Source: the human T2T-CHM13v2.0 reference genome, Homo sapiens
Strand: one strand, 5' to 3'
DNA length: 64,000 nt
Assembly (NCBI RefSeq): GCF_009914755.1
Contig: NC_060928.1
Position numbers and translations under genes: made by a program. The notes beneath the pieces are model-generated. The model was given only the letters and a program-made list of their open reading frames with translations. It had not been told where the DNA came from and made no database searches. Below, piece after piece: positions 45,900 to 64,000 of the stretch; positions within the stretch are counted from its first letter, which is position 1, and every line of letters starts with the position of its first letter.

Positions 45900-48620
45900 C
45901 ATAGAGGCCAAGAAAAAGGGATACCCTCAAAATTTGTGACAAGCTCACTAGGCTGCCAAAAGGAATGATGTTGGGAAATGTCTCAGACTTTGAATTGATA
46001 ATCTTGAAGGACTACACTCTAGGAGTAAGGGCAAGCTTAATACAGACAAGTCCTCAAAACACTAGAAGCAGAACCTAGAATCAATGAAACCTCTGTTTAG
46101 ATCCAGGTTATATGCCTGTACTTTATATGACCACCAGAAAAAGTATCCTCTTTAAAGAAATATAGCATCACCTAGAATTTCTATTATTTTTATATACAAT
46201 GTACAGCATTCAATCTAAAATTAAGAGACAGCCCAGGATATAGGGCCAAGTGACTGAAAGCCAAGAGAGAAAACAAAATTATAATGGACCCACACGTGAT
46301 TAAAATAGTAGCACTATCAGGTACAAGCTAAGAAACAATTTGATTTGCACATTCAAAAATATATTGAAAAACAATTTCAAGAGAGAACTGTAATCTGAAA
46401 AATAATCAAACTGATATCCTAGAAATGAATAATACAATGACTCAATAATTCACTAGCTGTGTTGAACTGCAGATTACACATAGCAGACAAGAGGCTTAGT
46501 AAACTGGAAGGCAGGTCAATACACAGTATTCACTTTGAACAAGCATAAAAAATAGATATTCCTTAAAAATTGTGAGGCCATGTGAAAAAATCTCATATCC
46601 GTGTAATGATAGTCATAGAGGAGAAAGAGAACAATGCAGTATTGAACAGATACCATGAAAGAATCTTCCAAAAATAGATAGAAGACATCGATGCAGTCAT
46701 TTAAGAAGCTATAAGAAACACAAGATAGAAAGCAAAACATACTCAGGTCCATCACAAACTGCTAGAAACCCCAAATCAAAAAGAACCAAACAGCAGTCAG
46801 AGGGAGGGGGGAAAGACTCATTATCTTCAAAGAAGCAACAATAAGACTAATATTTGACTTTTCAACACAAGTGATGGAAGCTGAAAGACAATATAAAAAG
46901 CATCTTTAAAGTGCTGAAAAAAATAATTGCCAACCCAGAATTTTATACGTAGTAAACATATACCTCAAAAATGAGGGCAAAAGAGCAGTATTTTCAGATA
47001 AACCAAAATTGGGAATTTATCACCGGCAAATCTGTACTAAAGGAAATACAAACGAGAGCTCTTCACAGAGTAGGAAAATTATCCCAGAAGGAAGTACAAT
47101 GATAAAAGAAGAAGTAATAAAGATCAGAATGTGTACATACGTGGGAAAATAGAAAAGAATACTTACTGTATAAAATAATGAGTAATACAGAATTCAGTAT
47201 ATATTTGGGATTAAAATATTATAGAAATAGCTTAAAATTGGGAAGGGCTTATTTGCTGTTAAAGTGTTATAGATTCATCATTGTCCAGGATTACTGTTCT
47301 AAGGTAGAGTTTTATAAAGCAGTGCGTGTGATATAGCGAGATGAAGGCACAAAATACTATCAGGAATGAAAATAGGCATACCACTGCTGATTCTATAGAT
47401 GTGAAAAAAGATAAGCATTATACTATGAATAACTTGATTTGGTAATTTAGATGAAAATTAAAACTTTGAAAAAATCACATCACTCAAGAAGAAATAGAAA
47501 ATTTGAAAAGGGTTATGTCTATTATAAGACTTAAATGTATTATTAAAAGCCTTCTCACAAAGACAACTCCAAGTCCTGCTGACTTCATTGGTTAATCCTT
47601 CCAAATATTTAAGGAAAAACTAATACCACTAGTAGCAGTATCAAAAAGCTCTTCAGGCCTGGGCATAGTGGCTCATGCCTATAATCCCAGCACTTTGGGA
47701 GGCTGAAGCAGGAGGATTGCTTGAGCCCAGAGGCTCGAGGTTACAGTGAGTTATGATCACGCCACTGCACTCCAGCCTGGGTAACAGAGTGAGACTTTGT
47801 CTCTCTAAAAAACTAACAAAAAAGTTATTCAAGATGATTGTCATTTTGTAAGGCTACCACAACCCTGATACAAAACCTAACAAGGACATTACAAAAAAAA
47901 AAAGTAAATTACAATAAAGTAACTGAGAATTATAAAAAAAAAAAAAAAGCGAATTATAGGCCAATATCATCCCTGAACTCCCAAGCAAAATCAAATCAGT
48001 AATATATGAAATAGATAATACGTACCATCCAAATTAAATTTATTTCAGAAATGCAAGTTTGATGTACCATGTGAAAATCATTCAGTGCAACAAATGATGT
48101 AAGGAAACAAGCATGGGATCTTCTCGAAAGACGAAGAAAATGTCTTTATAAAAATTCTTAGTCAACCAGGAAGATAAGAATATCACTGTTATCTCTTCAT
48201 GAGTATCTAGGGGAAAAAAACAACTGCAAACTGCATACTTAGTGGTAATTTTATTCTGATTTTACTTACTAAAGAAGCTATACTTCCTGAGATCAGATAA
48301 TACGAAGTGTCAGCTACCGCCACTGTTATTCATGATACAGAATATATTTTCCACCCCAGCAGGGCAAGATTAAATTATTAAAGGGTCTTAAGATTTAGGA
48401 AGAAAGAAACAATTTGGTTTTTCACAGAAAACATGATTGTGTACATAGAAAATCCAAAATAATTACAAACACACTTAAAAATATGATTTTAGCAACATCA
48501 TTGAAAACAGTCAATATAAAAATTACGTGCATTTCTATATAACAACAGATAATACAATTTATAAAAATACAATATAATAGATTCAAAAATCAAATACCTA
48601 GGAATAAATTTAATAAAAAT
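45900..48620 (+). mobile_element. Ancient L1M (ORF1 to ORF2), left part of a nested cluster
   Basis: L1 motifs (catctttaaagtgctgaaa, caacccagaattttata, acatgattgtgtacatagaaaatcc, aaatacctaggaataaatttaa). The 5' boundary is uncertain. Confidence 0.7.
47657..47822 (+). mobile_element. Alu monomer (FRAM-like)
   Basis: Single right-arm-type Alu with A-rich tail; imperfect TSD aaaaagctcttca/aaaaagttattca. Confidence 0.8.
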
Positions 48621-48713
48621 GAGTATATTAGAGTTCTTCAGAGCAACAAAATTATTAGGAGATATTAGATTATGTAATATAATGTATATCTGGAGGGAGA
48701 GAGTTTTTCTTTT

Positions 48714-54376
<5,663 letters not shown>

Positions 54377-54540
54377 GAGAGTTATTTCTTTTAAGGGAAA
54401 AGGGAGCTGGCAAGTTTGAAACCGGTAAGGCAAGCTGGAAGGCTGGAAATTCAGGTAAGAGTTCAGTATTGAGTCTGAAATCTACAGGACAAGGCAAGTA
54501 GGCTGGAAATTGTGGTAGGGTCTCTGTGTTGCCATCTTGA

Positions 54541-54874
<334 letters not shown>

Positions 54875-55823
54875 AAAACCTCAGTCTTTATTCTTGAGGT
54901 CTTCACTAGTTGGACAAGGCCCACTCACATTCTGGAGGGCAATCTGCTTTACCCTAAGTCTACTGATTTAAACGTTAACCACTTCTTAAAAATACCTTGA
55001 CAGCAATATCCAGATTGGTGTTTGACCACATAACCTGGCCCCATAACCAAATAGGCACATAAAATCCATTATAGTAGGTAAGACTTCGTCAAAGAGGTCT
55101 AGAAAACATTTCTGGGAGAAATTAACGAAGACCCAAATAAATGAAGCGATATATCATGTTCATGGATTGGAAGACTCAGTGCAAGTATTATAAAGATGTC
55201 AGTTCTCTTCAAATTGATTTTTATATTTAATTCAATCACAAAATACCATCAGGGAGTGTGTGTGTGTGTGTGTGTGTGTGTTGATATTATTCTAAAATTT
55301 ATAGGGAAATACAAAGCACCCAAAATAGCAAGATAGTCTTGATGAATTTGAAAAACAAGTTAAATAACTTATACCAAGAAATATCAAGACTTATAAAATT
55401 ATTAATTAAAATTATCTGTTATTGGCACACAAATGGACAAATAGCAGTAGAACAGAACAGATCATATGCATGTGTGCAATCCCCTGATTTATGACAAGGT
55501 GACATTCCATGCATTGATTAAAAGACGGTCTTTTCATTAAATTGTATTGAATCCATTGAATATTCATATTTTTATTTAGAAGGGTGTCAAACTCCACTAC
55601 CACATACATACACAAATACATTACAGATGCAAGTTCTTGGATCTAAATTAGAAAGGGAAGATTATGAAGCTTTTAGAAGGTTAATGTAAGAGAGAATATC
55701 TGTTTTAGCTTGTGGTAGGCAAAGATTTTCTAAACAAGATGCATAAAACATTAACTATAATGAAAAAGATAAATAACTGGACTTCATTAAACTTTAAAAC
55801 ATTCTTATTCATTCAAATACATC

Positions 55824-56168
55824 AGTGATGGTTTGACTGTGTGCCCCAAAGTTCATGTGTTGGAAACTAATCCCCAATGCAACAGTGGTGAGAGGTGGGA
55901 CCATTAAGAGGTGTTTAGGCCATGAGGGCTCTGCCCTCACAAATGGATTAATGCTACTATTGTGGGAGTGGGTTCCTAATTAAAGGATGAATTCAGCCCC
56001 CTTCTTCTTGCTGTCTCTCATTTACTCTTGTGCCTTTCACCTTCTGCCATGGGATGATGCAGCAGAAGGCCCTCATCAAATGTGACTCCTCTTTCTCGGA
56101 CTTCCCAGCCTCCAGAACCGTACCAGTCTGTGATATTTGGTTATAGGAGCACAAAGTGAACTATGACA
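55824..56168. mobile_element. MST-type MaLR solo LTR
   Basis: gtgatggtttgactgtgtgccccaaagttcatgtgttggaaact ... gaactatgaca; 5-bp TSD acatc. Confidence 0.82.
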
Positions 56169-56439
56169 ACATCATTAAGAGGGTGATAAGGCAAACTACA
56201 GAGAGGAAGAAACTTGGCAATACATAGCTGGCAAAGGATTTGTATTCATATATAATTTATTATGTAATAATTGCTCATTAATTATTTATAATTCCTACAA
56301 ATCACTAAAAATCCAGACAACTACAACGTTCAACACGGAAAATGATTTAATAGGTGCTCTCTGAAATAGCCAACAATCTTCTGAAATGATGCTGACTATC
56401 CTAGGTCACTAGGAAAATTCATACTAAACTTTCAACGCT

Positions 56440-56642
56440 CAGCCTAGGCAACATGGCGAAACCCTGTCTCTACTAAAAATACAAAAATTAGCCTGGTGTG
56501 GTGGCATGCCCCCGTAGTCCCAGCTACTCAGACGGCTGAAGCGGGAGGATTGCTTGAGCCTGGGAAGTTGAGGCTGCAGTGAGCTGAGATCATGCCACTG
56601 CACTACAGTCTGGGTGAGAGAGTGAGATCCTGTCTCACATAA

Positions 56643-56681
<39 letters not shown>

Positions 56682-56683
56682 AT
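56440..56683 (+). mobile_element. 5'-truncated Alu with (AAAT)n tail
   Basis: End of the left arm, a full right arm and a tetranucleotide tail. Confidence 0.88.
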
Positions 56684-59129
56684 ACTCAATGCAGTTTTAG
56701 TACAAGACCCAACTGAATGGCTTTGCAAAAAAAAAAAAAAAAAAAAGACAATACCAAACATTGGCAAGTATATGGAGCCACTGGAACTATCAGAGATTGC
56801 TCATGAGTGTGTAAATTGGTACAAATGTGGAAAACTGGCAAGAAGTACTAAGTCTAAATGTATGCATGCCTTATGACCTAGCAATTCCATTCCTGGGCAT
56901 ATTTACAGGAAGGAGAAATATGTACATATGTGTATCAAAAGACATCTACAACAATGATCATACAAAATTCTTCACAACATAGGAAAACTGGAAACAACTG
57001 AAACATCCATTGGCAGTAAAATGAATAATAAATTATAATATATTCCAACAATGGAATAATAAACAGCTGTGAAAAATAAGGGAAAATATTACACATGGCA
57101 ATATAGTCAATATAGATTGTCATAAATCAGGTGATTGTACACATACATATGATCTGTTTTATTGCTGTTTTCCATTTGTGTGCCAATTACATGATTTTAA
57201 TTAATAATGTTATAAGTCTTGATATTTCTTGGTATAAGTTATCTAACTTGTTTTTCAAATTCATCTAAACTCAGGGTTGAGTTTAGGAAGCCAGATACGA
57301 AAGAGTGCATGCTGTATGATTTCACGTTGTATCGCATGATCTGGGTTGTGGTTACATGGAAGTGATGGTTTGTTCATGAAACTGGACGTTTGAGTGTTGT
57401 ATACTTTATTTGATCCTTGTACTTGTGATTCAAAATTTCATAACAACTTCCTGCTACCCTTTATGATTTGATGTGTGTAAGTAGAGTTTGCAGATAATGT
57501 AGTTCTATACTGAGCTATGAATTTATTTTTATAATGTACATTGTTTTGTATTAAGAATCATTCCAAGTGACAGAAAATTTGCGAAATCAAAGTATTAACA
57601 TTTATAAAACCCTTCTGTTGTTTATACTATTCTGGCCATGACTTTCAAAAGCACTGATTTTTAGGGGGACAGAGTATCAAAGAAAGACCTTGGCTAAAGA
57701 AAGCTCTTTCAAGTGGGAAGGGCATCATAGAGAATGGATCTTGAGGAGTGAAAGTCAGGAGATGCCTTCCTACTCAGCTGCATAGCTCATGAAGCTGACA
57801 ACCCGCAGAGTTATAAATGTTGTGGGTAGATTGCCTTCACACTGGCCTTGCAATCATCTGCTACACTGAGCACCATTACATTTCATGGTGGACATTCTAA
57901 GGTGTGACACTGTGTACTCTGCTGTCAGGAGGCTTTCCGGGGAGAAGGGTCTTGCCAAGGATTTCTTGCACTCCCAGCCACCTGACTGGTTTAGTCTGAA
58001 ATTTCAGTATTCCAGGGTAGTATGAGAAAGGCCCTATCTGGTAACAAAGAAAGCATAAGAAAAATGGCTAAGGGAACAAAGGGACAAGGCTTTTATTTTG
58101 TTCTTTACCCACAGATTGCCTTCAAAATAAAGATAAAGCGTCTAAGCCTGGCAGTGCAGGTCTCTTTAAGCTGGCTCCATACCCACCCACCTCATCCTGC
58201 ACCTGTCACTGCGTGGGACCCTGTGCTCCAGGCAGGGGCACCTCACTGCCCCCTGAGCTCATTTTACCCCTCCTGGCTCTGCAGCATTTCTGACCATTTC
58301 TGCCCAGGCCGAGACTCACTGCTGCCCAGAGCAATCTCCCTTCTCTCCTTCTGGAGGGGAGGGGTTGTATGTTACCCGCCTGGTTTTATCCACAGAGGTT
58401 AGCAGAGACTGATACAGACAAACCCTTTTTCTTTCTAATTTTAGATTCAAGAGCACATGTGCAGGTTTGTTAAATTTGCCTGACGCTGAGGTTTGAGTTT
58501 CTATTGATCCCCTCACCTGAATAGGGAACACAGTACCCAATACACAGTTTTTCAACCATTACTCCCCTTCCTTCCTCCCCCTATTTTAGAATCCCCAGTA
58601 TGTAGACAAATTGTTTACTTTTATAGCTGTAATTAACCTTATTATAGCTCAGCCTCAACCCTTTAGAGAGGAGGAAACTAAAGCCCATGAGACTTGCTTA
58701 AAGATACTAAGTGAACATATTTATTTTTTAAAGTGTTAAAGTGATTAAACAATGTAGACGTGAATGAAATAAAAAGCGTAAGTTCCCCATCTTCATTCCC
58801 ACTCCATAGAGCTGATCAGTATTTTTACTTGCAGACATTAGTGGAGCCGTAGAGAAAGAAACCTTTTCTCCAAAAGAAGGCATTACTTTACACACTCCGT
58901 TCTGCAACTTGTTTTGTTCACTTGCTATTTCACGTCAGCCCATGCAGATGACTTAAAACAAATTCAAATGGAGAAAAGCCTTAGGCATGTTTTTCTCTGC
59001 ACTAAAGAGGCCCTGCAGGTGGCTGTGGGCAACTTATGCAGTGGCTTCGAGTGAACGAACGTAATTAGTAATTAAGCAAAGCGGGCATCCAGGACATTCA
59101 GTTTCATCTTCCTGGCACTTTAGTGTTTA

Positions 59130-60721
<1,592 letters not shown>

Positions 60722-62850
60722 TAGGAACAGAAGCTCCCTGGGAGCACAGAGCGGTTTTAAACTGGCCAACACCTTAACGCCCAGAGCCGCCCTCCTCTCG
60801 CTGCCACTTTGGAAAATAAGAGACTAGAGATTCACTGGACGCTTCCTCCCGGCATCACAAGACTTGACTGCTGCTTCAGTTCCCGCTTGACCTTCATACT
60901 TTAGCCCTTTAAAGGATGTTACATAATAACAATTAAGAGACGGCAGGGCCTTCAGGCAGACTTCTTTGGAGGGTGTCAAACGCCTTGTTTATTAAAGAGT
61001 GAATTTTTTAATTAAAATCATGTTTTAAAACAGAGATGGACATTTTATTGATGGAAAAAAATCACGTTAAGTTAGAAAGCTCTCAAAAGTACCTGGTATT
61101 TACAACTCCCTGTCAGGGAGGGCGAACTCGATCTCAGAGTTTTATTTTCATCAGGGATTACGTTGAGGTACCCAGAAATGAGAAGATTTGCCCAAAATGG
61201 CATATTTTAAAATTGGCCCAGACCAGAACCCAGTTTCCTCTGGGATTATTTGTTAGTAATCGTTTTACAGGCTGAGCATTAACTAACTCCAAAGCTTGAA
61301 GGACTTTTTCTCATTTTCACTTGTTTTCTCTAATAAAAATAATGCTGTAATTTCAACTTCACAAGATGAGGCCTCATGGAAGAGTGTTTACCAAAATATT
61401 AAAAATACTTTGACAGAAAAAAATCAAGCGAACTCTTTGCCAACCAAATATCATCATGACTGATGTAACAAGTAATCCAACACAGATATGAAAATCACAC
61501 TGGTAAAAATCATCTCAGTTAATTCTAAAAGCAGAGCTAACCACCCCTTTTGTCCTAAGGCTTTATGGTATTAAAAAATAAACTGTACAAAAATATAGAT
61601 TTTCCCCTATCCCCTACCCCTGGAAAGTAATATACTGAAGTCTCATCATACTGTTTTGGGGATTCCAGTAATTAAAATCTCTAGTGAATAAAGACCTGTT
61701 TCAAAACAACCTGTGAGCTGACTGGACTATTTAAAGTAATTCTCCTTGTAGTCACTTTCAGAGTGAAGACAATGACGAATACTGTCTTTTACAAAGGGAC
61801 TTTTTATTCCACCAACAAATTCTGGATTTTGGCATCAGGAAAACCACTGTTCAATTTCCAACACTATATCCAAGTTGTTTGAGAAATTATTTAAAACTCT
61901 TTAACTTAGAGGGTTTTCTTTCTCCTTTACTTGTTAAAGTGACTATATTACAGAGTCACTTTAAGGATTAAATTTATTGCATGCAAAGTTTCTAGATCAC
62001 TGTCTAGAAGTCAGTTAGAGTAAGTTCTTTAGTTGTCAATCAAGCATTTAGTAAGGCCCTGCTTTGTGCCCAGTGTTGACCTCAACAAAGTTGGGGATAT
62101 CAGAATATTCTAAGATACAGTCGTTGTTCCCAAGAATCTTGTCTTTCACATACAAGAGGTGTTGCGTTTCATTTTGCGGCTAATGTCCAAACGCTGGCCT
62201 CAGCCATTTCACCTTGAAGATTGCAGTTGGCTTCCAACTGGCCTCTAAACTCTAATCTAGCATTTTCCAGTCCATTGTGACAAAGTCTGCCTTCCCCAGC
62301 TACTCCCAGCTGTTGGACCTGCTGCCTTAGAACCACAGATTGAGACCTCCCTGTCCCCTCTGTCAGACCAGACCAGGGCAGGCAGTATATTTGCATGACG
62401 CAGGATGATTGACACTGGTGATTTCACCCAGCTCCCTTCATAGCAATTTTGACAACTGCTTCATCTGAGAGACATTTGGAAGCAGCATAGTTTATGGTGA
62501 AGTTCTGGAGTCTCGCTCGGTACAAGCCAGTTTCCACCATTTACTAGCTCTGTGATACTGGGCAGTCGTTAGAAAGAATGCCCGTTCTGGGACATCAAAA
62601 CCTAATAATTATTATTCTCTAATAGCTAACATGCATTATGTGTGTTTATTTGCTGTGGCAAATACTATGTTGAAAAAAACTTTAGACTTACAGAAAAGTT
62701 GCAGTATTACAGGCAGTTCACACATGCTCTCTACCTGGCTTCCTCTAACAGTAACATATTACAGAATTAGTATATTCATCAAAATGAGAAAACAAACCTT
62801 TGTCCAATACTGGTCACAACTTTCTCATCTTGATTGAATTTCAAATTTGA

Positions 62851-63024
<174 letters not shown>

Positions 63025-63559
63025 TGAGAATCTCACCAGAATCAATATAACGTGTCCTTATATTTCAGCCATTTCAGCACAAAAAACATTCCACTAAGTA
63101 TTTTAGACTATATAGGTGCAATTTAATGCTTTCCAGGTATAGCCCGAATCCTGGGAGATTAACATTCTCCAGATATAAGTGCACAACTGCTATCAGGTCC
63201 CTTTATATTTATTCTTTTTTTGAAAGGATATCGTTTTTTAGAAACACAAATAAATTATTCCGCAAGGCAAGCACTTGTTATCCACCAGACGCTATTTTAA
63301 GACTTCAAAAATATATGACTAATAAAATATGTTTCCCTCAAGTTGCTCAGGGTCTCATATCAATGATAAACTTAGTCCAAATTTAAAAGACAATGCAAAT
63401 TTGATATTTATGGGATAAATATTACAAACCCATGCTGTTGAAATTAGTCCTCCAAAAAGCTGTAGTCTTTTTACTTGTTGAAAGGTCTGGGGAAATCATC
63501 TTGTAGTATGGTGAGAAAAGGATTTGGGTCAGGAAACAAAGATGGGGTAAACAGAGCTT

Positions 63560-64000
63560 CTCTTCATCGACCAAAATTAAAGACTGAATTTCCTAGGAAG
63601 TAGTGCCAGGACATGTCTTTCTAATTATGGTGAAAATGTTGGAGTTTCTCTTGCTTCTCCAGAATCCTGGCTCAGAGAAGAGAGCAAGAAGGGCAGACAG
63701 GATTTCTGCCGCTGTTGGCCTAGTGTTAATAGAAGTTGGTGTGGTGGATGCAGATGGAGATCTGTCCAGAGTAGGGGACTTGAGCAAGAAGCCTGGTGGG
63801 CACCCTGTGCTCAGCCCTAGACCCCATCCCTCCTCCCACTTCACGTGGACTCTGGGTGATCCGATCACGTTCATGGCTTCCATTGCTGCCTCTATGCTGG
63901 GGACACTCCGAACAGGCATCTCCAGCTCAGGCCTTATCTTGGCTGTCTCACTTGCTTTCAGACCACAGCAACCTGAAGGCCTCAAAGTTACCATCACCTG
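63560..64000 (+). mobile_element. Possible L2 fragment
   Basis: L2-like motifs (ctctgggtgatccgatcac...catggcttcc; catctccagctcaggcctt). Confidence 0.4.

Larger units (their letters stand above)
55075..57130 (+). mobile_element. Ancient L1M ORF2/3' continuation, interrupted by (GT)n, an MST LTR and an Alu
   Basis: agaaattaacgaagacccaaataaatg, catgttcatggattggaagactc and tatgacctagcaattccattcctggg continue the L1 sequence broken at ~48620. Confidence 0.72.

Overview
Human or great-ape genomic DNA. I recognise the locus from the protein sequences as the 4q35 FAM149A-CYP4V2 region. On the + strand, a CpG-island promoter (~13.0-13.75 kb) is followed by 13 GT-AG FAM149A exons whose phases join into one frame; ATG 20344 to TGA 40364 gives 482 aa. 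A second CpG island (~59.1-60.5 kb) drives CYP4V2 (exons 1-2) and probably a divergent lncRNA. The rest is repeat-rich: Alus, MaLR/ERV LTRs, L1, L2, DNA transposons, a sense-strand processed RPSA pseudogene and a ~0.9 kb CA-rich tract. Best leads: (1) a stop-free, CUG-initiated in-frame N-terminal extension of FAM149A, together with an out-of-frame uORF overlapping the AUG; (2) an L1PA copied from a spliced RNA (SpIRE97/622-type junction) with apparent short 5' and 3' transductions; (3) the RPSA retrocopy as a possible intronic poly(A) terminal exon. Repeat subfamilies and parent-gene comparisons come from remembered consensus sequences, not searches, and repeat boundaries are approximate.
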